Source of the DNA: Lepidodermella squamata
Taxonomy: Eukaryota; Animalia; Gastrotricha
Direction: 5' to 3'
NCBI GenBank assembly: GCA_047495785.1
Contig: JBLDXI010000042.1
Location: forward strand, 2,480,001-2,544,000
Length of the DNA stretch: 64,000 nucleotides
Numbering within the stretch: position 1 is the stretch's first letter; each line of letters opens with the position of its first letter. Under the pieces are notes generated by a model. The model had not been told where the DNA came from. It made no database searches and saw nothing but the letters and a program-made list of their open reading frames with translations. Of this stretch, positions 1 through 14,072 are shown piece after piece. The translations under genes and the position numbers were made by a program.

Positions 1-3000
1 CGAGGTGACGGTGCCTGCACCATTCACATTCACAACCGCGCCGTGAGACGGCGACGACGCACTTGTAATTGGTCCTAAATATTCACCACCATCCATCTAT
101 AACAAACACACGGAATTCACAATTAGGCAACACATTTTCGAATTAATAAAATCAGTGACTAACGGAATTTCCCGGCGCGAATACCGCGTGCGGAGGCGGG
201 CCGCCTTGAAGCGAGAGAATCACGTGACGAAGCGTGCCGTGCTCGTCGATGACTTGTTGCACCACATGACCAGGAGGAACTTGCAATGGTAGCGGGTGAG
301 GGGGGCCGCTGGGACTGACCATTGGTACTGTAGCTGGACCTAGCAGAAAATCAATAATTCCAATATCAACAAAACATTCATTCAATATTATCGCACATGT
401 CTGGCAGTTAAATTGAAAATAAATAAAGTCTGTGATGTAAACCCATTAATTAAAAAATTGAAACACGCGCGAATTGAAAAAATCCTCCTCAATAATTTTT
501 TCAAGTTGCATCATAATTGATCAATAACAGATATTAGAGATGAGCCGTTTGACATTTTAGCTCATTGAATATATAACAAATTTACCGTTGTAAGGAGGTT
601 CCCGAATTAAGAGCATCACGTCATTATATTTTACGGAAACTCCTAGAAAGGGGAAATAAAATTTGGCTGACGTGTTCACTAGAAAAAATGGACACGTGTA
701 TCATAATATAATGTATCACGTGTTGTTAGTGTAATTATGGGCGTGGTTGCAGCTGCAGGTAGTCTGTAGTAGAAACAATAGTAAAAAAATGGACGCGAGA
801 TTAGCGACCTTTTTTGTATGCGCCGAACCGGCACGTAGGTAATATTTTGTTATTTACTCTCGCTCATTGGTGAACCAAAACGGATGCCAGCATGGGGCAC
901 CCATAGTTGTGGTGGTGGTGGTGGTGGTGGTAAATGGCGCTGCTGTATGTATACTTACACACGCGTAGAAAACCAACATACACACATGCAAGCTAAATGT
1001 TAGGGAAGCAAAAATAAAAGTGGCGGTTTTGTGTGAGAAGACAGCTGCGCGACTCGAAGAACATTCATTTTTAATGCGTCGCTTTTACACCAGTGACTGC
1101 GCTTGTCCTACAAAATTTACGTGGACGAACGAAATAACAAAACTCGACGACGAGGTGCGCGCAAAACATCATCTTTTTCAAGTAAAATTGCAACTAAAAT
1201 AATAATATTGCCGAAATGCCGGTAGGTCAGTACTAAAAACCGCAATATTATACTATAGCAGAAGTGAGTTTAGTAAGACGTAGCAGTAGGAAAAATCGAA
1301 GAAACTTTTTTGAGAATCACGTGCAATTAATGATTTGCTTGACACGCATGCGTAGAGAAAAAAATGAAACGCAGTGTGTATAATAAACAAAACAGACTAA
1401 GGAACACAGAGAGTTGTGTTATCGCTATTATTTTATGAATGATGATGATACTATTGAAGAGCTAGAACAGGGCCGTGATGTAGAGGAACATGTGCTTACA
1501 GCACGTAGCAGAGACGTTGCATTCCTCGTTGTTCGCGCAGTACGTATCGTGCAGCTCCTCCTCCGTGTTCAAATAACCAAGCGCGCGCGTAGCACAAAAG
1601 GAAGCAGCGTATACATGCGACCCGCTTACGTAGAAACACCCTGCTGCAGTAGTAGTGGTGTGCTAGTAAAGATACGCAACGCAAAGCAAGCAAGCGCGGT
1701 AATACCTGTGCGTGTGTGCCACGACGACGAAAGTTTTGTACGAGACACAAAAGATGCGCTGCTGCTGCCAAGTTATACCTACCGTTGTCCACAACAACAA
1801 GGTTCCGTAAGGTTTATCGTCGTCAGCGCGCTGCCTGCTACTATATATATATATATCTATATATACCCATAGCAGCCGCCACCGAGACGTAAAGGCGAGA
1901 GAACTATATATAACTCAATATACCTGCGAGCGCGCTTGTGTATGCGTGTGACATGCCTTCATGCTTGCTTATTTTATACTGCAGTTATGCGACCGCCAAC
2001 AAGCAGGAATGAACTGGAGAGAACAGACGAAGACGGAGAAAGATGAGCACCGGCTAACTAATAATAATAAGACGGCGAACAAAACAAAGCTAAGAAATAG
2101 CAGCAGCGTGTTGGTAATAATAATAATGACGACAAGGTTGTAATAATTTCGCGACGCCAACGCTTCACAAGGCATGACATCTGCTAGCAGCAATTGTAAG
2201 TCGCAACTATCGTGGCTAAGAATTCGAGGTTGAAATTTTTCCAACGAAAAAAAACTCCCACTCAAAAAACAACAACACGCACAATCTATTAAAAAATGTG
2301 TAAATCATCCCCAATATCACGAGCTGAATACAATTTCGTGTTTAAAAATTAATTACCTTGAATATGGTGTACGTCTTCGCCAACTCGAACGTTGAAAATC
2401 ACACCCGGGTTAACATGGACCTGAACGACGTGAGGCATTAAACCGGCGTTTTCATCGCCGTTTTCATCCTTCCCATTCTCGGCATTCGCATCACCACTGC
2501 CGTTTTCGTCGAAGTGTTGCTGTTGAATAGGACCGGTCGGGTAGACCAGGCCCGGGATCATCGGGTACGGCGCCGGCATCGCCATTGCGATAGGCGCGCC
2601 GTAGCCGGTCAGCGGTGACGATGAGTTTGACGAGGGGGCGAAATCTATTGCGACAGGGTTGAACATGGAAATCTCGCCGTTCGCGCCCCGCGTTGGCGCA
2701 TTCGTTCGATGCGCGTACGGGGGGCCGCGAGTCAACCGCAGCCGACGAGGCCGGGTCGCGTTCGAGGGCAGGCGTTGATTCGCCTGCTGAGGGTTGAAGC
2801 CCTTCGTCGGGTAGAACTGCTGCGAGTGGAGTCCGGGTTGGTAGGAGTGGTTAGCCGCGTTAGGGTCGAGGCGGATCGGGCTCGCACTGGTCGAGGTGGT
2901 TGTCGACACCGAAGCAGTAGACTCTTGCGTTTCTTGAGTCGACGAAGATGGGTCAGCAGGTCCGTTTTGTTTCGCTGTGTTCGAATCATCTTCATGAGGC

Positions 3001-3179
3001 CGCCGCTCGGAGCTACTCGACCCACAGGCCGACGAGGGCGAAGTTTGCGACGGCGAATCGGTTGAGGACACCGAAACTGAAGGCGACGACGGTAGGGTGC
3101 CAGGCGCTTGAGTATCTCCGATTATAACATTTTCCGCGCCATTTGCAGGCATGCATTGCAGGAGATCGGCGGAAGACAT
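1..3179 (-). CDS. FNDC3: Fibronectin type III domain-containing 3 (FNDC3/miles-to-go)-like, 5' part; exons 3179-2357, 339-164, 97-<1 (continues beyond window)
   Basis: Spliced translation gives the FNDC3 N-terminal signature VQVHVNPGVIFNVRVGEDVHHIQG|PATVPMVSPSGPPHPLPLQVPPGHVVQQVIDEHGTLRHVILS; GT-AG introns keep the frame. FN3 repeats would lie outside the window. Confidence 0.8.
908..931. repeat. (GTG)n microsatellite in FNDC3 intron
   Basis: gtggtggtggtggtggtggtggt seen directly. Confidence 0.85.
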
Positions 3180-4156
3180 TGTCTCGTGTTTATCCTGATT
3201 GATTTATATCTCGATAACGTAACAATTTTTCACTTTAATCAATTATTTAGCTGACGTATCACCACTGCTGAAATTGACGGTTATATTCGTTAGCGATTGG
3301 TGTAGTATTTCTCCATCCGTCACGTCGACGACGACACCAATTTGTTAATTTAGTTATAAAAAATATCTCAACTACTATATATATTGATTATCACGTCTAG
3401 AATCAGGAAATAAAAAACACACAAATATAATATTAAGTAATGAGATTTAAAAAACTGTACCTAATTAACAGTACATTCATTTTTAGAGCACGTACCGAGA
3501 ACTTTGTTTCAATATGACTACTAAGCTTTTTTGAATTATGGTGCGCAGCAGCTGCCGGGCTTTGCGCCGTACTCGAAAAAACCATAGGCGCGCCGTTGAT
3601 GTTGTGCACATTTTGTTAGTTACATTATGTTATTGCGCCACTCAAAAAAGAGATAAAGATCCGGCTGCAAATAAATAATGGCCGAACTGGAAGTTTGTTT
3701 ATGTTGATCACGTATCCGCAGGAACTGGAGCAACAGCATTTGCCGCTTTAAACACACCGCCGTTACCCGTTGGTCAAGACGGGTTGACACTTTAATAGTA
3801 GGCGTAAAAACAAACACCTGATATATCGCGGCCACAAAATGACCATTAGCCTCCCACGATTAATAGTACCTGGTCGCAATGATTAACGTCACTCACAAAC
3901 AATTTTCCGATATATTATATCGCTCATCATCAACATCAGTTTGAAAAATAATGAATCACAGCGCGTCACAAACCGTGTTGTTGGTTTTGTATGCACATTA
4001 ACCGAATGAAAGAAGCACGTAACGATTGACCTACCATATAAAATAATAAAAGCATTAGCTAGCTACAATACCGCCTACAAACAGCATCGATGTGACAATA
4101 TACACGAATACACACACGCATCTATATATGTATGTATAAATATATACATCATATTC

Positions 4157-4182
4157 CTATATATATATATATATATATATAT
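4157..4182. repeat. (TA)n microsatellite
   Basis: about 12 TA units seen directly. Confidence 0.85.
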
Positions 4183-7100
4183 TGTATGCGTATAAGCGCC
4201 GCAAATGTGCATGACGTGGTTTGTGCCCGAGTGTATTGCGGAAAAAGAGTAGGCGGCGAGAGCCGCGCGACGAAAATCGATTGATTTCGTCTTCTAATCG
4301 TAAACTCTTCCAAAGCAAAGTGCTTGTGCTTTATGGAGCGCGTAAACGCATAATATATATAGCAAGAACGTGCGTAAAAATCCACGCGAAGATTTTCGAC
4401 AGCTGAAAGATTCAAGACTCGGATTTTCAACCAGGCGGAATCCAAAGTCGCGGCAAATTGCAGCTTGAAATCGTCAAATCATGATTCATAATTAGCGGGC
4501 GCAAACAAATCTGAATGAGATTATGAGCGCTATGAGATCCAAAGCTCATTCAAAGTTTGATCGAAAAATCAAGGACTTTTTACTTGAAAGAAAACTATTT
4601 ACCAGCGGAAGTGATTCAATTCCATAACTTTGTTCAATAATCACGAGTAGACTACGAGAAAATCATGAAGGCTGACAGTTCACTTGAGCGTAGCTCACGA
4701 TCTAACACGTTTCGGCTACTTCCAATTTAGGTTGTGGTAGTTTTGTTCAATTAGAAGAATTCGAATAAACAGCTGGGCATATGATGAATTAAGAAGGGTT
4801 GTTGTAATCGCATCTCGAATCTCACTGCAAATAATATATGTAATAAAATTTTAAAACAAATACACGGAGCGATGGAATCGGTGAGACCGAAATTAAGAGG
4901 CAACATATGGAAGGAAGAACATCGATGCTTCAATATCAGACAAGATATTCGTTAAAAAAAGTTAATCGCCGGTATCATTTTCTTGAAGATTATGACGTTT
5001 GCTGAAAGTCATGATTAACAGCTCAGATTAAGCTACTTCGAGCCTGGAGTTAAATCGATGAATAGCCTGGAATGATGCAATATTGCAAAGGAGTGTTCTG
5101 ATCCTTTCAAACTTGGCTCCGTGAATATGACAAAAAGGATAACGTTGCACGAATCTTTCCACCGATAGCGCCTAGTCAGGCATTTAATATCAACTCCTTT
5201 GCCAACAAAATGTTAGCCCATTTCGGATTTAATAAAAAATTCTACAGCTGATACTTTTTTGAAGCAAAAGGTGGTCTTGATGATCAACTGACATGGATAT
5301 AGGTTGATACTCAAAGCAGAATTGTCAAGAAGTATTAGACTGACTGTAAAGAAAGAATTTGAATGGTAATATTTAGCAATAGCATAGCGCAATAGTAATT
5401 CACGCAAAATATCAGTGTTAACTCGGATCATTACTTGGTATCCACAAGTTTCAACTGCGGGCAACGTCCGCTAAATACAGATGATGAAGTCAATGCTCTC
5501 GCAGGCTCTAGATTAAGCGCTCAGCTAGCGCTGAAAATATGGTTGCAACTGGATTTAAGGAATCTTACAAGAACAAATTAGTAATCTACGTTGGATAAGC
5601 AGTGAGATCATTAAATCAGCGCGAACGGTTGGAAGGGACAACTGAGTGCAATGGAGACAGCGGAATGGTAATTAAGTACTGAATACTCGAATGACAATGG
5701 ATAATGCACTAGCATTCTCTTTAATAAGATAGGGGATGTTTTCAATTGCACTCTCGTCCTCAGTGTGAGAGAAGGAAGTAAGCCCGAGGTGTCAGATTTT
5801 AAATGCGCACCCCTGAGCTCTGAGCCAGGAGTCAGAGTAGCCAAAACTTCTCATCGTATCATCATATTATAGCATGATGGAAGGAGAGTAAGAGATGCCC
5901 AGCCTCTCGTGATTCTGAGAAAATTATCCACATAACACATATCTGCTGACAAAGCTATTGCTAAGTAAGTATATTCGCTGTGCGCATAGGGATAAAGTTT
6001 AAGTTGGTGTGTTGTATTCGCCAAAACGGCGCGAGCGTCGAGGTCCATGACCTTAAACTTACACGACTGACTACTTGCACTTCGTTTGGCACAAAATAAG
6101 AAGCCACTAGCGATACCAAAAGTCAATAGCAAGTTGAAAACAGGAAGTGAAAATTGCCCAATTATTCAATGCAATGCAAATCATTTTTTTTAACCACAGC
6201 CATATTAATAAGGCACCGCAATATTATTAACGTATTTGTTAAGGAAAATTTATCAAGCGACGTTTGATGTGTTAATTTTGTGCAGTGAGTAAACCTTCCA
6301 GTAAGACAGGGCATTTCATTCGAGATTTGAGGAAACGATGAATTTTTTTCAAGTCTGAAACAGTACAATTTTAAATGTAGAGTTCGGGAAAAAAACCAAT
6401 AATGTCATGTTTATAACAAGAAGACTAGTTAGGGACGAAGATCCTAACTTCAGACATCTTAACATACTTCATTCACCCGCAGCAAGCTAACGTGTCTCCA
6501 TCTCGGAGAGTAAACTTGTCGCCGCAAAAGGTCGCAAGCAGCCGCCAAAACAAACACAAATAAAATTCGACTTTTCAATTTTTTGAAGTTTATTTAAGCG
6601 CACGCTGAAGGTTAGCTTCATGAATCAATTTTTAATTTTTAATAAATACAGAATAAATATTCCAAAGAAAAATTGCAATATTCCAGGGCTAGAAAATGAA
6701 CGGGTGAGTTGGGGTGGGTGCCGCCTGGACTTGGCGATTCGGGAGGCAGGAGCGTCCAGCATCCGGGGTTTGCCACAGCATCCGGGGTTTGCCAACTCCT
6801 GCATCTCCTCCAGGATCTCATGCCACATGCTGGGCATGTCTAGTTTGCGGCTTTTCCCGATGCTTCTAGTTCGCGCTCGATAATTGCAATGAGCTACGTG
6901 TTTCATAATTGCAATGGCTTGGGCATCTTCTTAGCTCTCAGCAATGGTGGTGGGCAGCGATGCAATATTGTTTGGGCTCAGGGTTAAACTTAAGCTTATT
7001 AAGCTTATAGCCCAATGTTCGTACCAGAATAGATGCATGGTTTAGGATTTAGTGAGCATTCTACCGCCGAGTAGCCTGACTCAATTCCCTAGCTTCATCC

Positions 7101-7372
7101 CAGAATTTACTTCCGCTAAATATTATTTATCATATCTGTGAAATGTATGATCGAATTAATAAAAGGGCAAGCCTTTATCGTTTATCGCTAACATCTTGTT
7201 TATCCGCGAATTTCACCCTAGAATTATTTGAGATTCTGGGAACTTCTTACTTGTTCCTTGTTCCTTCTGACATCTGACGAGGCGCCCTTGCTGATATAAC
7301 TGATTCATAACTGCTGATATGCATTTTTGTTTACAAAATTGTCTTATTTTTCAGATTTTATAACCTTGAAAG

Positions 7373-10038
7373 ATGAGTTCGCAGGGAAACATAGATGAGA
7401 CGCTCACGCTGTCATTGTATGAAGAAACAGATAAAAATCATCGATTGGACAACCTGAATCTGTAATATCTTGAAATGTTGAAGATCACTGTTTTAATTTT
7501 TGCTTTACAGTTTCATATACATGATGCTGCTTGTCTTGACCATTCTAACTGCGTGGTTTTTCAAAAACTTCCGAAATCGGTGAGGATCTTATTTACTTCT
7601 CAATTAATTCCGCATCGTTTGATTGCTTTCGTGCTTTAGATATATTCATGAAACTGGCCTAGCCGTAGTCTATGGTTTGTTAATCGGTGTGCTGATTCGA
7701 ACGACATCCCCGTCTTCCGCTACGCCTGGTGTAACTTTCGATGTTTTACTGAATCTTTCAAGGTAGGCTTCGCAAACTTTACTCTTATTATTATTAATTC
7801 TTAACTATTGCCGACAGTCCGTCCTTACCGAAGCGAGTAATTATTCGCACATGTCCTGAGGTGGATGGCATTGCCAATTGTTCCAACTCAAGTGACAGCT
7901 CGTTGAGATATTATGATTATCAGTTTAATCAACAACTGGAGGCTAATCAGAAGCAATCGGATCAACTTGATCTGAATTCCAAGGCAACTTTCGACCCAGA
8001 AGTGTTTTTCAATCTTATTTTACCTGGAATAATATTCAATGCTGGCTATTCCCTCAAAAGACGTCACTTTTTCGTCAATATCGGTGCCATTCTTCTATTC
8101 GCATTCATTGGAACAGCAATTTCTGCTGTAGCAATCGGATCGATTGTTTACGCATTTTGTCAGATTCCGTACTTTGATCGTTTCCATTTCTCATTTAACG
8201 ACGCCATGCTGTTTGGATCTATTGTATCAGCAACTGACCCTGTATCCATTTTGGCGATATTTAATGAGCTTGGCGTTGATGTCGACCTGCACGCGTTGAT
8301 TCTCGGTGAAAGTGTTCTTAATGACGCAGTTGCCATCGTTTTAACAGGAGCAGTCCTGGGGTATAAAAAAGCTGAATTATTAACCGGCGGTGAGGGAGAA
8401 TCCGCAAAAGCTATGGCGATTGGCTCTGCAATCGGAAACTTCTTTGTCGTTTTTCTCGGCGCATTCGCCATAGGAACTTCTACTGCGTTGGTGACAGCTT
8501 TGATCACAAAGTTTACGAAATTGAGAGAATTCCCGATGTTGGAAAGCTCTCTGTTCCTCTTAATGTCATACTCGACGTTTCTGGCCGCAGAGGCAGCTTC
8601 ATTTAGTGGAATCGTCGCGCTATTGTTCTGCGGCATATTTCAGGCACATTACACCTACTACAACTTATCAACAGAATCGAGAACTTCTCTTCGTTACATA
8701 ACCGAATTGCTCAGTTTCTTAGCAGAGAATTTCTGCTTCGTCCAGATTGGCGTCACCATTTTCACGTTTTCCAACCACAATTGGGATTTCTACTTCATTC
8801 TCATCTCGATCTTGGCTATTATAGTCGGCCGAGCTGTGAATGTTTACCCGATCTCGTTTATCATGAATCGATTCGCAAGGAGGAAAATTCCCTTCGCATT
8901 CCAACACATGATGATGTTCGCTGGTTTGAGAGGCGCAATGGCCTTCGCCCTTGCGATCCGAGAAACCTCCACCGATCAGCAGAGAGTCATGTTCAGTACT
9001 ACCCTCGTCCTGGTCATTGTTACAATCATCGTTTGCGGCGCATTAGTCACTCCTATGCTGCAGCTCTTCCACATTAGGGTCGGCGTAGCTCAGCCTCAAC
9101 ATCACGGCGGTTCAGGCCATTCAAGGCATAGAACCGATTCTTCTTCAAATGGTCTCGCTGAAAGTGATGACATGCGACCCAAGCCTACTTCAATTGTGAG
9201 TTTTTTTAAACTATTTCAAGGTTTTGGATTTGTTTATTTTTTGCCTCAAATATTATTTATCACTTTTTTCGCTTGAACCCTAACAATTCTAGGACCATCG
9301 TAAAATAGCTAAACCGAGCCACCTTAACGAATTTACTGCCCTGCAAGCTAACACGCCGTCTGTGATGATTGCTTACGAAGCAACGTCGCCTCCGTCTACT
9401 TCCGTTGTGCGTTTGAGATGAACTCTGTTTGTCGTGCATGTCTGTGCTTTTGGTTGAAAATAACTTCGAATAGAAGCATTGAACTCTTTCCCCTTTACGA
9501 GTCAATTTTCACACCGGAAATTTTCTTGAAGAATGCTAAAGCTTTGAATGTTTTTTCGCAGTTCTACTTACTTTTCGTAATAATGATTTTGTATTTTTTA
9601 ACTCAGGATGAAATGACGATAGTCACCAGTGACTCAGAGGTGATGGATGTGGTTTCGAGCAGTACGACCACGTCTCAACGGCATCGTTACTCATCCAAAC
9701 TTATTCGAGGTTGGAAGAACATGGATTCGCACTTCTTGAAGCCCCTATTCACGCAATGTCGGCCTCTCCTTGAGGATACAATGCCGAAGAATAAAATATG
9801 TCAGTGGATTGCGCGAATTTTGACGACAACTCAGCAATACGAGCAAGGTGGTTTGCCGAGCGAACCAATTCGCCAATTCGGCGTGAACGGGGGCGCCACC
9901 CCATCGCCGCAGCCCAATAACAGCAGTGCGGCGAATGACAATATCAACGATACGGACGACGAGCCGATAATTTTGAGCACTGACTCGCCGAACATTGCCG
10001 GGCACAACGGCTTGAGTGGAACGAGTCAGAAGCGTTGA
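7373..10038 (+). CDS. Endosomal-type sodium/hydrogen exchanger (SLC9A6/7/9-like, CPA1 family), about 5 exons
   Basis: Motifs HRLDNLNL, HETGLAVVYGL, FDPEVFFNLILPGIIFNAGYSLKRRHFF, SATDPVSILAIF, LGESVLNDAVAIVL, FAGLRGAMAFALA; short upstream exons from ATG 7373 and a last exon ~9608-10038. Confidence 0.93.
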
Positions 10039-11218
10039 TAGCAGTGTAAATAACTATGAAAAATAACTGAAAATTTTGTGTGCAATTAAATCAGAACTCC
10101 CGCGGCCATATGACGCTACTCTAGCAGCCTCAAATTAACACGGCATATGTTGTGCAATCAAGTCGACTTTTGCATTTAAATTGATTTGTTGCCGACACGA
10201 CGAAACAACAGCGTAAAAATCGATTTATCTTTTGTGGTGTTCTTTGTGGAAAAATCGTATTAAAATACGCAGATTCGGCTGATTTTTTTTGTATGTTGTG
10301 ATTGATTTTGATTGATTCACGCCAAGATGAACACAATACTTTGAAAAGGTGATTCATATCGTATGAGTCACCCTGGCGTACTGTCATTTCTGCGGTATTT
10401 CTCGTGGATAATGTTTTATACGTTAAATGTGGCGTTTTAATGGCGACTACAAAGTAGTGTTTCTAGTCTCGCACTCAGTATTTGTAGTTTGTTGCTGTTA
10501 AATGTACCTAAATTTCGATGGTTACACATTGATATTACTACTGTTACTTGTTTTACCATCTTGCCCTGAGATCCTTATACTATTATATTATAAACTACAG
10601 CACATGACACGACTTCATAGACTCGTTCATTCCGCTTATAGTGATACATGACCCTTAGTTATTACTGAAACATCACAAAGGGTAGTTTATTTTATAAAAA
10701 CTAAATGTCCTACGCCAAATAACCAGTGCTTGTTAAAAAAATGTCTGTTTTCATCATTATTTAATATTTTTGTCGACAGCTTTCGGATTGATTGCTTATT
10801 TTTATTGCTGGGCTTGCGCTGGGTCACGCGCGTAAGCCTGTTGTGTAGAGGCAGCATGATGTATTGTAAAAATGAAATTGCAGGTGTTTACAAAAATCAA
10901 CAACATCATCAACTATGCACCGTCCATATATTCATTCATGGTCGGTTTCATTTCAGCCCGCCTCTGTTTGCTCTTTCTGGTGATATCTTCGGCTATTTTG
11001 CTATATGTATAAAATTATGATGAAATGTTATGGTGGTTTTTTGGAAATTTACGTAATGATGTATTGTAATATATTGCATATCTCTAACTGTGACGTTGTT
11101 TACCGCGCGGAAAAAATCAATTTAATTTCAACGAAAAAAGGATTGAGAATCTATGGAAAAAGAGAAAATATTTGAAAATATTTCTTTTTTCTTTTTTAGG
11201 GCAGTTGGGTGTTAAAAA

Positions 11219-12303
11219 ATGTCTTATCAGCTGTCTTATCAATACCAATCCTATCAACAACAATCGCAACCGCAACCCGCCGGGCAAAACGGTTTTGCCC
11301 AGGTCCAAACTTCGTCGGCTTCGTTGCGCTATCAGCAACCGCCAGTGGCTAACACGCAGCAAATGATGATGCGAAACGATTATCCAAATGGCCAACCTAA
11401 TGGTCAAAACGGCGGCGATCGGAGACGATCGGGTAACAGCGGGCAGCCTTTTCCTGGCGGACCGGAGCCGCATGCAAATCCGGCGGCCGCGAGTTCAATC
11501 GTCCACCAGTCACCCTCGATTCAAGCCTACCCTGTTAAATGCGTAGTGGTCGGCGATGGTACAGTTGGCAAGACTTGCATGCTCATTTCCTATACAATGA
11601 ACTCGTTTCCGACTACATACGTACCCACTGTGTAAGATTTTTTGCTCAAAATTAATTTATTTTGTTATTAAATTTGTTTTTTTTAGATTCGATAATTACA
11701 CCGCCCAATTGACAGTCGATAGTGTTCGAGTGAATTTGGGTCTGTGGGATACGGCCGGTCAAGAGGACTACGATCGCTTGCGGCCGCTTTCTTACCCGCA
11801 GACGGACGTTTTTCTGCTATGTTTTTGCGTCGTTTCGCCGTCCACTTTCGCCAATGTGACGAGTAAATGGCTGCCAGAACTACGCCACCACTGCCCCGAT
11901 ACGCCTGTTGTCCTCGTTGGTACGAAAATCGATCTAAGAACAGAGTAAGCATTTTGAATTGATTATCAAAAATTAAATTATTGTCGGTAATTGAATTCAA
12001 TAAATTTAATATATTTTTTGAAAATTTATTGATTTTTTGTTTAGTCAAAATGTATTGAATGCCCTGGCGAGATTCAACCAGCAGCCAATAACTAAGGAAC
12101 AAGGCCAAAAACTGGCGCAACGAATTCACGCAACGTGCTATTTGGAATGCTCAGCCTTGACGCAAGTCGGCCTGGCCGCGGTGTTTGAACAGTCAGTTCG
12201 CGCCGCCCTGGCCGAATCCCCCTCGCTCGCCTCGTCGCCGTCGGGCGCAGTCGCCCGAAAACGCGGCCGAACGACGTCGAAACGCGATTGCACGCTGATT
12301 TGA
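11219..12303 (+). CDS. Mtl: Rho-family GTPase, Mtl/MIG-2 (Rac/RhoG-related) type with Q/P-rich N-terminal extension; 3 exons
   Basis: [20 protein letters not shown] (GDGTVGKT is typical of Mtl/MIG-2), [50 protein letters not shown], polybasic tail and CAAX box CTLI. Confidence 0.88.
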
Positions 12304-13930
12304 AGTCATTTTGAGTCAACCAACTTTTTACTGCTTTGTTTCTTCTGTGAACCAGTCACTTCCAGGCCCAACAAGCAAAATCAACAATCGAATGCATGAC
12401 TTGACGTCTTCCCTTATCTATCTCTCTCTTTTTTGCTCTAGTTGCTAACCAAAAAATCTCTGCTATTATTTACAACGAAAAAAGCGCCCAAAATATATTT
12501 GTAAGGATCGCTCTAATTGTTTGTTATAATTATCACTCAGTATTATCGGTCTAATTTTCTCGCGTGCTATAAGCATGTGCCTTCTCTCCTTCTTGTTTGC
12601 GTGTTTTAGGCAGGGTATTCACAGCTGCTGTGTTGAACACGTGAAAACACGTGCAATTAATTAATTTGTGTGTAGTTGCTCTCTGGCTTTTGCCGTGTGT
12701 ATTTGCGCGCTTCCGCCGCCGCCGCTGCCGCCTCTCACGCCTGTGTCCCTCGAAAGCAGGATTTCGTTGTTTTTGTTATATACCTGTTCCGTTCCGTTTC
12801 GCTTGTGAGTTGCGCGAGGGCTCTCTACAGCTTTCAAAACGCTTTATGATACGGTTCTATATTTGCTATAACGAACAAATATTATCTTTATCATTTTCTT
12901 TATTATTATCATTATGTTATACTGCGCATGATGTACCTGTCTGTTTCGCTTTTCTCGCTCCATTTCCAGGGTGAGTAAGTATGCGGGAAGTTTGTTATAG
13001 GTAAACTCTTGTTATGCTATCATTATTATCAGCTAAAGACGCAGTTGATATAACAATAATAATAACGATAATTGCTAAAATGCCACATTCAAATCGCACA
13101 GAATGCAATCTCTTTCTCTTGGTGTATATTCCTATTGACGCTTCCCGTGTTTTTTCTAGGGGGTCATGTTCTTGGCAGTTTGATGATTGCTTCTATCTCA
13201 GCATAATAAATTTTGTATCTTCCCGCGTTTATGAAATTTACCTCTAAAAATGTATGCATTTTTTGCTTCGTGTCGCTTTACCCGACGGCTGTCTTCTCTT
13301 TGAATAGACGACAGCCTTGATATGTTCGAATTTTCTCTTGACACATTGACCACCATTGTACATAAAAGTAAAGACGATACTTGATGAGTTTTGATGAATA
13401 ACTATTTGCTATAACGAAAACGCAGAGAAAGGTGACGATTTTTAACTGACGGTTCAGGATTCACATAGTTATTGTTTTGTTGTCATCTCTATTCACTGAT
13501 TCGAAAATCTAAATAATAAAAGATGCGAGTTTTGAAGAGGGACGTGTTTCTTGTCGAAAATTTACTTTACGCTGGGGCTATATTTTGGCAAAAGTGAGTT
13601 GAGTTGGAAACAACGGCTGTAACTTTTCAATGCAAACAAAAAGGGTAAAACATGAACTAAGGAGACAGATTCAACGGTGTTCCAGGGAAGCTGGCGAATC
13701 GTGATGCTCAGAGGCTAAATTAATGAGATTCTTGGAAGATTCATCCTTCGTTTTAGCAGTAAACAATGGCAATTTGTCGTCAAAGATTTGGAGAATTGTA
13801 CTGCAGCTACCGTATTTGTTCCTACAGCAGCCCGGGCTACTAACATTTCAAACTCGAAATATTGAAAAATTTATTTCTCGTGAATCATTCATATTTGATG
13901 TTTTCGAACCGACTTGACCCCTCGACCCTA

Positions 13931-14072
13931 CAGGGTGCGCATCAATTTAATGAGGAGTTATGAAGTTAAAGAATTTCAAGTATTCTTTTGGCAATGGAAC
14001 TCCTCAATTTCTTGAAACTCTTTAAAATGATGCGCATCGAATTCGCCTTCTGTGGAATTTTTGGCCACCCTG
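13931..14072. mobile_element. Degenerate Tc1/mariner-type MITE related to the element at 57781-57942
   Basis: TA-CAGGGTG...TTTTTGGCCACCCTG termini; internal gcgcatcaatttaatgagg is the reverse complement of a segment of the 57781 element. Confidence 0.65.

Noticed and set aside
1020-6368. Numerous short ORFs in the FNDC3 intron and upstream region, and antisense ORFs over real genes throughout the window
   Set aside because: No motifs, low-complexity or shadow frames, and many begin at non-ATG codons.
6620-6906. Overlapping short ORFs with a 19-bp tandem duplication (6757-6794)
   Set aside because: No recognisable protein; probably a decayed repeat in intergenic DNA.
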